This document shows, piece after piece, positions 53,979 through 64,000 of a stretch of DNA of 64,000 nt (position 1 is the first letter of the stretch; each line of letters begins with the position of its first letter). Location of the stretch: NCBI GenBank assembly GCA_963921275.4, contig OZ001293.3, forward strand, positions 3,712,001-3,776,000. Reading direction: 5' to 3'. The translations under genes and the position numbers were made by a program. The DNA is from an uncultured Hormoscilla sp. (lineage in GTDB: Bacteria; Cyanobacteriota; Cyanobacteriia; Cyanobacteriales; Desertifilaceae). The notes below the pieces were generated by a model. It was not told where the DNA came from and ran no database searches. It worked only from the letters and a program-made list of their open reading frames with translations.

Positions 53979-54857
53979 CTAAGCTAGTATTTCTGAAATC
54001 ATCCGGTTAGCTTGGGAGCCATAGCCGCCACCGAATAGATTGAAGTGATTGAGAATGTGATAGAGGTTATAGAGGATTTTGCGCTGTTTGTACCCATCAT
54101 CTAAGGGAAATGCTTCGTTGTAGCCGCGATAAAATGCTGCTGAAAAGCCCCCGAACAGTTCGGTCATGGCGATGTCTACTTCCCGATCGCCCACGTAAGT
54201 CGCGGGGTCGATAATTACTGGTTCTCCCGTGACGCTACAGGCGGCGTTTCCCCCCCACAAGTCGCCGTGAACTAGGGAAGGTTGTGGCTGATGACTCGCT
54301 AATAATTCGGGAATTGCTGTTAGTAACTTGTCTTGTTTAGGAAAATTACCCCCCCGACTGTGCGCTAATTTGAATTGATAGCAGAGTCGGTGTTTGGTAA
54401 AAAATTCTGCCCAGTCTGTTGTCCAGCTATTTATCTGAGGCGTGGAACCAATGGTGTTGTTTTGGTCCCAGCCAAACCCCCCGTTTTCTGGCATTGTTGA
54501 GGGCGTGCAGCGATGCATTGCTGCTAGTTTACGTCCCATTTCTTCCCAAGCTTTGCTATTACCAGAACCCAACTCTAACCATTCCATGACGATATAGGCA
54601 TAATTGCCTTCTGTTCCTACACAAAGGGGCTGCGGAACCCGAATTGTTTTTGTTTGATGCATTTGTTTCAATCCCTCGGCTTCCGCTGCAAACATGGCGA
54701 TTTCTGAGGCGGAGTTGAGCTTGATGAAGTAGGTGCGATCGCCCCCTGTAACGCGATAGCCTTGGTTAATACAGCCTCCTGCTACCGAAGGATGACTGTC
54801 AATTTCAAATTTCTCTCCCGCGACTTGGGAAATCTGGGCGGCAATGTTTTTCCACAT
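53979..54857 (-). CDS. Fructosamine kinase family protein
   Basis: GGCIN, NTIGSTPQ, LVHGDLWGGN, DPA, LNHFNLFG. Confidence 0.93.
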   Translation of the reverse strand: MWKNIAAQISQVAGEKFEIDSHPSVAGGCINQGYRVTGGDRTYFIKLNSASEIAMFAAEAEGLKQMHQTKTIRVPQPLCVGTEGNYAYIVMEWLELGSGNSKAWEEMGRKLAAMHRCTPSTMPENGGFGWDQNNTIGSTPQINSWTTDWAEFFTKHRLCYQFKLAHSRGGNFPKQDKLLTAIPELLASHQPQPSLVHGDLWGGNAACSVTGEPVIIDPATYVGDREVDIAMTELFGGFSAAFYRGYNEAFPLDDGYKQRKILYNLYHILNHFNLFGGGYGSQANRMISEILA

Positions 54858-54932
54858 CTTCTATATTTTAGATTTTGAATTTGGTCTTTTTCCGGTTATA
54901 ATATTACCAATGAACAATCAACCAGAACTCAA

Positions 54933-56225
54933 CTATTCAGGTTTAATTGTGAGGACGCCGTAAGCTTCTGGAGACAGATACCGTTTTGCTGCTGCTTGCA
55001 GTTCTTGGGCGTCTATGGCTTGAATGCGGGCGGGATAGTTGAGGGCTGGCGCTAAGTCCCCTATCATTGATTGATAGTAGCCATACAAACTGGCCCGATC
55101 GCCTGGTGTTTCGTTGGCGAAGATAAATCGATTCGCCACTTGGGTCCGCACCCGGGCGATTTCTGCTTCTTGGATGCTATCTCCAATTGTGCTAATATGT
55201 GATTTAATCGCTGCTTCTACGGTTGCTAAATTTTCCACTGGCAGTCGGGTGGCAATATAGAAAACTCCCTGACCTTCATAGGTCATATTGCTGGCGAAAA
55301 TACTGGAGACTAGCCCCCGTTCTTCCCGCAAATCCTGAATCAGCCTGCCGGTGCGCCCCTGTCCTAAAATTGATGCTAATATATCTAGGGCATAAGTCTG
55401 ATGCAGTTGCATGCCTCCGGGTACCCGCCAGACCACGATCAACTGCCCTTGGGTTAAGCTGCGATCGACCTCTTCCCGGCGCTTAATCTCGGTAAAAGCT
55501 AGTTCCGGGTTCAGATGTAGAGATCTTTCTTTAAATGTCTCGGCATCCCCAGGCCCGATCGCTTCTGTAAACCCTTGTGCTACAATCTCAATTAATTCGG
55601 CCACTGGCAGATTTCCTACTGCTACTGCTGTCATTGATGGGGGTTGATACCAAGTCCCATGGAAATCCCGCATTTGCTGCGCCCTCAGCTGTTCTATCAC
55701 CGCCATCGGACCTAGTACCGATCGCCGATAGGGCAGTCGTTCAAAGGCCATCTCCATTGACTGCTGATAGCTGCGGTGGCGGGGATTATCTTCCGATCGC
55801 CGAATTTCTTCTAACACTACCTTTCTTTCCCGATCAAATGCCGCCTCGGGAATGCTAGGATTGAGGACTACCTCGATCTGCAAGGGGGCTAGTTCTGCAA
55901 AGTCTCCAGGGGCCGTGGTAATATAAAAGTGGGTGCAGTCCTGACTGGTAGCGGCGTTGGTAACCGCCCCTCGTTCCTCAATCAGACGCTCAAATTCTCC
56001 GCTTGGCAGTTTCTCTGTTCCTTTAAAGATCATGTGCTCTAAAAAATGCGCCATGCCATTGATCTGGTCTGTTTCTACCGCCGATCCTACTTTCAGCCAC
56101 AAGCTGAGATTTACTGCGGCGACGGGCATCTGTTCTGCTATAATTGTCAGGCCATTGGGTAGGTGGTGGATGGTGGGAGAGTTTAAGCTGGTAACAGTTG
56201 ATGGCGAGATTAGAGTTGAGGTCAT
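54933..56225 (-). CDS. M16-family (pitrilysin-like) zinc peptidase
   Basis: HFLEHMIFKGT inverted zinc motif, NAATS, LREERGLV. Confidence 0.93.
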   Translation of the reverse strand: MTSTLISPSTVTSLNSPTIHHLPNGLTIIAEQMPVAAVNLSLWLKVGSAVETDQINGMAHFLEHMIFKGTEKLPSGEFERLIEERGAVTNAATSQDCTHFYITTAPGDFAELAPLQIEVVLNPSIPEAAFDRERKVVLEEIRRSEDNPRHRSYQQSMEMAFERLPYRRSVLGPMAVIEQLRAQQMRDFHGTWYQPPSMTAVAVGNLPVAELIEIVAQGFTEAIGPGDAETFKERSLHLNPELAFTEIKRREEVDRSLTQGQLIVVWRVPGGMQLHQTYALDILASILGQGRTGRLIQDLREERGLVSSIFASNMTYEGQGVFYIATRLPVENLATVEAAIKSHISTIGDSIQEAEIARVRTQVANRFIFANETPGDRASLYGYYQSMIGDLAPALNYPARIQAIDAQELQAAAKRYLSPEAYGVLTIKPE

Positions 56226-56279
56226 GTAAGGTATGGTTAAGGGTTGTCTGTTTTTGATTATAAACGCAGTCAGAAAAAA

Positions 56280-56483
56280 ATGCTAGATTCTTTTTGGTAT
56301 ATTGCTTGTCGTGCGGACGAACTGGCATCCAAAAAAACAATCGGTGTCACGATTCTACAACAGCCTCTGGTTCTGTTTCGCGCTGCCGATGGCTCGGTCG
56401 CGGCCCTGGAAGACCGCTGCGCTCATCGTCATGCACCTCTATCTCAGGGTAGAATAGGTGACTCGCAGCTGGAATGCCCTTAT
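56280..56483 (+). pseudogene. Rieske aromatic oxygenase N-terminal fragment, truncated by an IS end
   Basis: WYIA, LEDRCAHRHAPLSQG, ECPY then IS terminal sequence GGCTACCAACTTAAGCCGG. Confidence 0.8.
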
Positions 56484-56778
56484 GGCTACCAACTTAAGCC
56501 GGGACAGTCAGTAGGGGTAAGGCATGCCATCAACCGGTCATAAGTTTCAAAAAAAATGCTCCACTGGTTTTGGCCATGAGCAATTGGTGTTAAGGGGCTG
56601 GGGCGCTCGCGCGGATAAGAAAACTATTCAGAAGTTGTAAAGAAAAGATTTGGAATAGCGGGGAATTACCGGGATATAATATAAGAAACCAGATCTTTGG
56701 GAAAAACCTGGTTTCTGGGCTACTGGGCGATCGGGTAGCATTTTTTAGCACTACCAGAGACTTGACTCACCCTGATGC

Positions 56779-57123
56779 TTAGGTATCTGGGTTATCGTCT
56801 TGGTTGCGTCGGTTCGTCAGCATCTCCCACATACGTTGATTTTCTGTTTGCAGGCCGCGAACCTCCGACTGTTGTTGAGCAATAACCCGGAGGATTTCTC
56901 GCCGTTCTGCCGCTGCTTCTGCCATAGAATCAGCCAGAGCTTGAATGACACGAGCGTTACCATTGGCTATGTTGGCCGTCTCGTCTAGTTTCTTGGTCAA
57001 ACCTTTGACTTGCCCGGTCAAATCTTTGACTTGCCCGGTCAAATCTTTGACTTCGAAGCCTATACTGCCCACTAGGTCTGCCAGACGGTCTAGTTTTTCG
57101 TCGTTCCAACGTTCGGTAGTCAT
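56779..57123 (-). CDS. Hypothetical coiled-coil protein with VKDLTGQ heptad repeats
   Basis: MTTERWNDEKLDRLA...VRGLQTENQRM; 21-bp internal repeats. Confidence 0.75.
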   Translation of the reverse strand: MTTERWNDEKLDRLADLVGSIGFEVKDLTGQVKDLTGQVKGLTKKLDETANIANGNARVIQALADSMAEAAAERREILRVIAQQQSEVRGLQTENQRMWEMLTNRRNQDDNPDT

Positions 57124-57368
57124 TGTTGCTTTGACTCCATTGACGGTATTTTCAAGACTTGTGTTATTATAGATTACGATCGCTCCCATATCCAGGTGGC
57201 GATCGCAATATCATGTAGGGGCACGGCATCCAAAATCTTTCGGTTCATGGGAAAAGGTAATTATCGCCCCCGCTCCGGCCCGACGCGATCGCCAAAGTCC
57301 CCGATCGCCCCGTCTAGGGAAATGTAAATTAATCGGGCAGATAAACTGCGTTGGACACAATGACTCTT

Positions 57369-57773
57369 CGGCGTTGGATAGTCAAGGGTCGGCGTTGGGT
57401 AGTCAAGGGTCGGCGTTGGATAGTCAAGGGTCGGCGTTGGGTAGTCAAGGATCGGCGTTGGGTAGTCAACGGTCGGCGTTGGGTAGTCAACGGTCGGCGT
57501 TGGATAGTCAAGGGTCGGCGTTGGATAGTCAAGGGTCGGCGTTGGGTAGCGAACAGTCGGCGTTAGAGATCCACCCCTGCGCGTTGAGTAGCGACCCGTG
57601 CCCATTGGAAATCCACCCGTGCCCGTTGGAGATCCACCTGGATTGGGTTAATCTTGCACCCCTGCGCGTTAATTTTGCACCCCTGCGCGTTGACTAGTGA
57701 ACTATAAGCGTTGGATAGTGACTCGTGGGCGTTAAGCACAACGAGACCCCGTTAAGCACAACGATCCCTCGTT
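57369..57773. repeat. 21-bp-period tandem array, near-perfect units then diverged units
   Basis: CGGCGTTGG(A/G)TAGTCAAGGGT repeated about 8 times, then the period continues with degenerate units. Confidence 0.85.
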
Positions 57774-59326
57774 CCCCTAAACGAAACCAAGATCCCAGGG
57801 AACGACCGGTGAAGTGCAGGGCCCGATCGGGCGACAGGGTCTCTCGCGCTCACTTGTAGTTGATAGCCAGGTGCATTGATGATGCATGTAATATAGCCCG
57901 CGCAGGCGGGCTTTGTTCCTGTAGCCGGGCCCTTTAGAGTTCGGGCGGGGAGGCCGAGTACTCTCAACCATAGAACTGAAAATTCTGGGAATTTCCGGGA
58001 ACAAAATTTCCACCGCCCCATTCCCCTACGCAAGCAGCAGACACGATTAAAGAATTTCTTTAGGATTCCAGGGTAAGCGCAAGAATCATGGTTGGGGCAT
58101 CTATTATCAACTATAATGAGAATGATTCCCTTCTCCGGTGCGAATAGGGCACAGTCCACTCGCAATTTTCGTTGCTCCATACCACATGCACAATTTTTCT
58201 TGCGCTTGCCTTAGGATTCCGGCTTGCCAGAGGATTAGTCCCGGGCTATGCTAGAGTCATTGTGTTGAACTGGACCGAGCCATGTAGCGGAGAACGGAAC
58301 AGAGGCTTATGTTTGGTAATAACATTATTGGGAAGGTACTGCGACAGCGTTACAAGATCCTCCGGAAATTGGGGTCCACTGAGGGCGGCATGGGGGAAAC
58401 CTATTTAGCTGCAGACTTAGATGTCCCCAGTCGCTAGCAATGCGTTGTCAAGCGGATCAAACCGAGAAGACGCAGAGAAAAAGCTATTATCAGGCTTTTC
58501 CGTAAAGAAGCTAAGGTGTTAGAGTTGCTGGGCAAGGAATGGGATTTTATTCCCCAACTGTATGCCTACTTTGAAGAAGGCTCAGATAAAAATCTGGTTC
58601 AGGAACTGATAGAGGGTCACGACCTCCGTCAAGAAATTCAACCGGGCCAACCCTGGCGGGAAGCGGATGTGCGTCAACTCTTGCTCGGTGTCCTGGAAAT
58701 TATCGCTTGCGTTCATGACAATGAGGTCATTAGAGGTGAGTGGCGATGGCAGAATTCTCTTATCGGGAAGCTGCGATCGGACGATGAAGGTGTGGTCAAT
58801 AGAGAAAGGGGAATGCCTGTACAATATAACAGGATTGACGGGAGAAGTGCTGGCAGTGAGCCTGAGTTACGACGGTCGGCACGGGCTATCGGGGAGTGCC
58901 GATGGCGAAATAAAGTTATGGAAAATAGAGGGTGCCGAGGGGTGCATCTCACTTTTGCACGAGCGAAGCATTCGGGCATAAAATTTGTCGTCTTCTGTCA
59001 TCATTTTTATGCCCAAATGCTTCGCCCCTACAGATGGATCTGCAAATATGAGATGCACCCGGTGCCGAGTGCTTGGAAACCTGGGAAGGGGAGAGTGCAG
59101 AGCATCAAGTTCAGTGCGGACAGTCGCTACGGGTGAGAGGAGAGGAAATATCGGTGCGGACCTTAGAGTGGAAAATAGCAGAGTGGGAGCCAGAAGCCTG
59201 GGATGAAGGTGCCCGATCGTACCTGAGGAACTTCATCAGATTGTACGACATTAAAGGTTCCCAATGTCAAGAAGCTGAGTTTAAAAAGCTAATGAAAATC
59301 CTGGGATATGGGGGATATGGGTGGCT

Positions 59327-60197
59327 GGATGGGGTCGAGCCGGGAATCGCTTCCCGACCCTCCCTTGAGGAACCGGACTTGCGATTTTCACCGCATCCGG
59401 CTACTGGGTACTAGGCCCTTTTCATAGGTAGACTTAATAGGAATTACTTCCGTTAGCCCTTGCCGCCTGTCTTTTCTTCCCTTTCCTGGTTTAGCGAGTG
59501 GTTGTTCTGATAACCGTTAGTATCACCATTTTCAAGTCAGTTTTACCAGTTATCCATACCTTATCCTCCACTTGCGTTTCGGATTAGTTCCGTGGCTTTT
59601 TAGGATTACCCATTCCAGCAGCTTCCTAGTATCACCGACCCACGTCAGCGCTGGCTACCCAGCATCATCTACATTACTGTAGATGTTATCCCAGGAATTA
59701 CCCCGGGCATTCGCTTCTTGGGCCATCCCTCCCCCCGTGGCTTGCGCTTAACATCTAACTTGTCCTGATGGACAGCACACGAGAGGTTACTTCGTTCCCT
59801 AACAACATTTCGCGATACCTTTAGGTCCACACTATACCCCGGGAGCTATTTGAGTACTATATTAGCCAGAGTCTAAAACTAATACTAGCTACCATTTCCT
59901 TTTTAGGCCAGCGCATATAGCCTTATTTCGCTGGTTCCTTATAACGAGGCTTGCACATGTTTGCCTGCTCTAACCTTGGATATCTTTCCTAGCGGCGTCA
60001 CCGGCTTAGGCTGCCAGTTATCCTACATTTGAGTCCTCGCTTAGCACCACGATGATGTCGCTTCGTAGCACCGAGGACCGGTGTCACCCCCGTACCTGGG
60101 GGGAGGGGAATTTAACCCCCATGCGGTCAGAGTTCCCGGCTAATGAAACCGGGCTAGCGTTCCGTGTTTGACCACGTTAGGCTAGAACGAATCGCAC
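59327..60197 (-). mobile_element. ORF-less group IIB intron, copy 4 (871 nt), near-identical to copy 3, antisense to its host gene
   Basis: Reverse complement of 52839-53709 with only a few substitutions seen. Confidence 0.95.
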
Positions 60198-60272
60198 AGA
60201 CCCGAAAGGGGTGCGCCAGCAGTTAGCTGCAATGTCTCCCAGGAGATCGTAACAGACGAGAGTTCAGTTTTC

Positions 60273-60510
60273 CAGCAACAGGAACCTCCCGAAGGCGATC
60301 GCCCTGTTCGGCAACAACAGGAACCTCCCGTTACCCAGCAACAGGAACCTCCCGAAGGCGATCGCCCCGTTCGGCAACAACAGGAACCTCCCGTTACCCA
60401 GCAACAGGAACCTCCCGAAGGCGATCGCCCCGTTCGGCAACAACAGGAACCTCCCGTTACCCAGCAACAGGAACCTCCCGAAGGCGATCGCCTCGTTCGG
60501 CAACAACAAG
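60273..60510 (+). repeat. 63-bp tandem repeat, about 3.8 copies, encoding QQQEPPEGDRPVRQQQEPPVT
   Basis: Units start at 60273, 60336, 60399 and 60462; each has a HIP1 site. Confidence 0.9.
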
Positions 60511-61320
60511 TATCTCCACCGCCAAGAAAGGGGGAAAGATCGAGACTGCCCAAGGCTGCGATCGGGACAGTAATAGGAATAGTAGTGTTATTAATAGGGT
60601 TCTTTTTATTTTCAGCCAAAACCAGGGGACGGAGAGATAGAGCCGAGTATCCGAGTAGAGTAAAAGTGCGATAAGCCGATCGCGAAAAGAATAAGATATT
60701 ATCAAGGGCAGAAAAACGACGCGGATATTGACATCCGAATGGAAGCGGAGTTAGCATTAAAGCAGGGACTTGTGGACCTGCAAAAAGAATACGATATGCA
60801 AGGAAAACTAGAGTGTTTAGAAGAAACATTATCGAAGTTGAAGCACACCTATGCGGTAGAAATATTAGCATCAAGCGGTCAGTTGGGAAAAGCAAGAGAA
60901 ATGCTGAAAGAAATACCCAGCAGCTATAGCGACTATCCAGAAGTAGAAAAGAAACTGCAACAATAAAATGGAGAATGGAGAATGGATGTAGGAATGCGAT
61001 CGCAAAAATAATGTAGGGGCACAAATAAAAGATGTTTCGGTTTACGAGGCAAATGTGATTATTGCCGTGCCCCGGCAAGAGGCGATCGCCATTAAGCGTC
61101 ACGGACCATTGCACCCAGAGGGGATAGATGAGAAGAACTGGAACTATTTGATGCCGCGATGTCTCCTGTGTGCCGAGTCCCCTGGGACAAGAGCAAGGAG
61201 CAGAGATATCGAAAGTAGAAAATAGATGGAGATCCTGTTACTTTAACATGATGGTATGCGAGCGCGTCGGGGAAGTCTCCGCATCTGATGAAGTATTCAG
61301 CCAAATATGGTGAAAATGGC

Positions 61321-61830
61321 ATGAGTAAGAGTTATCTGTTGGATACAAATATCGTCTCGGCAATTTTAAAGAAGAATGAGAAGATTAACCAAAAGATGGA
61401 GCAAGTGCGGCGGCAATGCCAGTCAGCGTTCATCAGTGGCATTACATACTACGAAGTAAAAAGAGGATTGCTGGCTACCCGTAGGAGAAAGCTATTAGAA
61501 TTCGATGTCTCCGGAGTAGTGCGAGTTCGGTGTCCACCGGGTAGTGCTCCTAACGCTCCCCGGGGACACCGAAAGCTCTCCGGAGACATCGAAGAGGGTT
61601 TGTGCAGAAGGTATAGAGTTTTACCGGTGTTGGACGAGATAGAGGTTCTCGAAATTGCATCAGAAATACATGCAGAGTTAAAAGGTCAAGGGAGGCGGTT
61701 AGAAGATGCAGATATCCTGATAGCGGCGACGGCAATAACACAAGGTCTAATTCTGGTATCGCACGAGCGGGATAGGCAGAGAGTGACGGGGAGCACTATA
61801 GAGGACTGGCTAGAACATAACCAATGCTGA
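61321..61830 (+). CDS. PIN-domain (VapC-like) toxin with an in-frame 87-bp nested hairpin insertion
   Basis: YLLDTNIVS, YYEVKRG, DADILIAATA. Confidence 0.85.
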   Translation: MSKSYLLDTNIVSAILKKNEKINQKMEQVRRQCQSAFISGITYYEVKRGLLATRRRKLLEFDVSGVVRVRCPPGSAPNAPRGHRKLSGDIEEGLCRRYRVLPVLDEIEVLEIASEIHAELKGQGRRLEDADILIAATAITQGLILVSHERDRQRVTGSTIEDWLEHNQC

Positions 61831-61902
61831 GGGATCGGAGATATTTCAGTCCACAGGCCGGATTTGGGTAAAATAGCAAAACTACCTCAAAGGACTTTGA
61901 CT

Positions 61903-62868
61903 ATGCGAATTGCTCGTGATATCACTCAAATAGTTGGTCGCACCCCCTTAGTGCAATTAAACCGCATCCCCCAAGCAGAAGGCTGTGTGGCACGGATAGT
62001 GGTCAAGATGGAAAGCATGAATCCGGCGGCCTCTGTAAAGGACCGCATCGGTGTCAACATGATTAATGCAGCGGAACGTTCGGGACTGATTTCACCGGGA
62101 AAAACAGTGTTAGTGGAACCGACTTCCGGGAATACTGGCATCGCCCTGGCAATGGTAGCAGCGGCGAGGGGCTATCGGTTGATTTTGCTGATGCCCGAGA
62201 CCATGAGTTCCGAACGTCGGGCCATGTTGCGTGCCTATGGAGCCGAACTAATTCTCACTCCCGGAAGTGAGGGGATGAGTGGTTGTATTCGTCGGGCCTT
62301 GGAAGTGGTGTCCGATACCCCTGGGGCCTATATGTTGCAGCAGTTTCAGAACCTAGCTAACCCAGAAATCCATTATCAGACTACAGCGGAGGAAATCTGG
62401 CAAGATACTGAAGGAGAAGTGGATATTTTGATCTCAGGGGTCGGTACTGGGGGTACGATTACCGGTGTAGCCAAGGCCCTCAAGCCACGCAAACCCGAGT
62501 TTCAGGCGATCGCCGTGGAGCCGGAAAACAGCCCAGTCCTGTCGGGCGGACAACCAGGACCCCATAAAATTCAAGGCATTGGTGCCGGTTTTATTCCCGA
62601 AGTGCTTGATGTCAGTCTCATAGATGAGGTAGTAACAGTCTCCGATGAAGAGGCGATCGCCTATGGGCGTCGGATGGCCCGGGAAGAAGGGCTACTTTCG
62701 GGGATCTCCTCAGGTGCGGCCCTCTGTGCGGCGATCGCAGTTGGCAAGCGCCAGGAGAATGCCAGTCGGTTAATCGTTACGATCCAGCCCAGTTTTGGAG
62801 AACGCTACTTAAGTACCCCCCTATTCCAGGATCTAGAACAAGAGAAAGTGCCAGCTGCCATCAGCTAG
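61903..62868 (+). CDS. cysK: Cysteine synthase A
   Basis: [44 protein letters not shown]. Confidence 0.97.
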   Translation: MRIARDITQIVGRTPLVQLNRIPQAEGCVARIVVKMESMNPAASVKDRIGVNMINAAERSGLISPGKTVLVEPTSGNTGIALAMVAAARGYRLILLMPETMSSERRAMLRAYGAELILTPGSEGMSGCIRRALEVVSDTPGAYMLQQFQNLANPEIHYQTTAEEIWQDTEGEVDILISGVGTGGTITGVAKALKPRKPEFQAIAVEPENSPVLSGGQPGPHKIQGIGAGFIPEVLDVSLIDEVVTVSDEEAIAYGRRMAREEGLLSGISSGAALCAAIAVGKRQENASRLIVTIQPSFGERYLSTPLFQDLEQEKVPAAIS

Positions 62869-62880
62869 TAAAATAGCGTT

Positions 62881-63663
62881 ATGGCAAACGCGAAGAACCA
62901 CTATCAGCTCTTAGAAGTTAATTCAGCGACGACCCAAGCAGAGATTAAACAAGCCGATCGCCACCAGGCCAAGGGATTTCACCCAGACAGTAATCCCATG
63001 GCCGCTTTCCACGAAAAGATCGCCCGCATTAACGCCGCCTACGATGTGCGATGCTGCTGTGTCTCCTGGGAGCTTGATGTCTCCCGGGAGCGCTAGGCGC
63101 ACAAAAGGGAAGACATCATAGTCGCACAAAGGGGAGACACAGCGCGCGCACCAGGCTGCAAACTCCGCCTGCGCGATCGCACTGGGCGGAGCACATTAAT
63201 CGCACATCGCAGGGAAATCGGCAAACGGGACAGGATATTGACGAGCACTTGCAGCAATGGCTAAAGCAAGTTTACGTGCCAGTGAACTGTGTGCCCCGGG
63301 AGCGCGGTTGAGCACTACTTGGGAGACACAACCGCTTACTTGCCCGGATCCTCAACTCTTTAGAAGCGGAAATCTATGAATTATCTGCCGATCCTTTTGA
63401 CGATGAACTGCTGTCATGATTTCAAGATTACCTAGAAGACTGTCGGAATTTTCTGTCTTTCGATGTCTCCGGAGAGCTTTCGGTGTCCCCCGGGAGGAGA
63501 TGAGATTGAAGATTTAAACTGGTTTACCCTTAATATGATGAACATTATCTACACAGAGGTCAAGAGTTGTTGAGAATTGCCGCTGGGTTGCGTGGGGAAG
63601 CTCATCGGGCGATTAAATATATTGCGGCGTTGCTAAAGAGCAAAGTTCAAAAGAACAAGCTAA
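62881..63663 (+). pseudogene. J-domain (DnaJ-like) protein pseudogene disrupted by several hairpin elements
   Basis: NHYQLLEV...FHPD...INAAYDV; downstream ELSADPFDDEL in broken frames; end approximate. Confidence 0.8.
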
Positions 63664-63668
63664 GAGTG

Positions 63669-64000
63669 CATCCCAGTTTTTATAAGTATAAATACTGTAA
63701 TTTTCTACTTAGTGAATAAGAGTCTGAGAATTTGCCATTGAGATAGGCGCAAGGATGGAGTAGAACTTAATTTTTTTTCCATTTTCCACTGTGCAAAGCG
63801 AAATTTTTACACGCTATCCAATCTATTCTTCATCGTTGACTCAATGTCGCCAGACCCAATAGAAATTCCGCCGATCTATTTACTCGCCAATCCCAAGGAA
63901 GGGAGTTCCGTAATTATTTAGGTGAGTTATATAGAGTTAGTAAAGGAAAAAATGTTACCCAAATATCACTCGTATGTTGTGGGTGTTGATGATCATAAAT
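63669..64000 (-). pseudogene. Transposase C-terminal remnant (ISKra4-like), continuing past the window edge
   Basis: IGSGDIEST...AQW pieces on the minus strand. Confidence 0.5.

Larger units (their letters stand above)
58309..60966 (+). pseudogene. Ser/Thr kinase-WD40-TM protein pseudogene with stops, deletions and an antisense intron
   Basis: RYKILRKLG..GGMGETYLA, CVVK, LVQELIEGHDL, WD40 pieces (LSGSCDRTMKVW), GYGWL-DPKGVRQQL across the intron. Confidence 0.8.

Noticed and set aside
57369..57560. Possible CRISPR array
   Set aside because: Units are head-to-tail 21-mers with no unique spacers, and there are no cas genes in the window.
60182..61114. 310-aa Cys-rich minus-strand ORF (GGSCCW repeats) as a metallothionein or RiPP
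   Set aside because: It is the antisense shadow of the 63-bp QQQEPP repeat and TM segment of the plus-strand kinase-WD40 pseudogene.

Overview
64-kb window from a cyanobacterial chromosome (abundant HIP1 GCGATCGC, heptamer STRR-like repeats, split rpoC, hli/ccb1/pex genes). The heavy IS and pseudogene load suggests a filamentous, possibly host-associated lineage (inference). Housekeeping genes (topA, ald, rpoB, rpoC2, tatD, rpsT, hisD-like, efp, accB, sbcC, a Hik2-like kinase, cysK) are interleaved with a 10-kb nest of decayed IS elements. Three systems stand out. (1) A dispersed 42-bp (14-codon) hairpin element with a conserved 16-nt loop and variable stems. It usually sits at C^G junctions, lies in frame inside essential genes and nests inside itself, up to about 5 layers in rpoB. 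(2) Four ORF-less group IIB introns of one family, with EBS1 loops that covary with their 5' exons and a non-canonical 3' end one nucleotide longer than usual. One of them splits an apparently intact DUF3611-like gene. (3) A 3.1-kb insert between duplicated 3' halves of a ybbN-like gene. It carries a small aromatic-rich peptide gene and a HemN-like radical SAM domain fused in frame to a TnpB RuvC/Zn-finger region. Everything was read by eye; family names come from motif recognition, not database searches.
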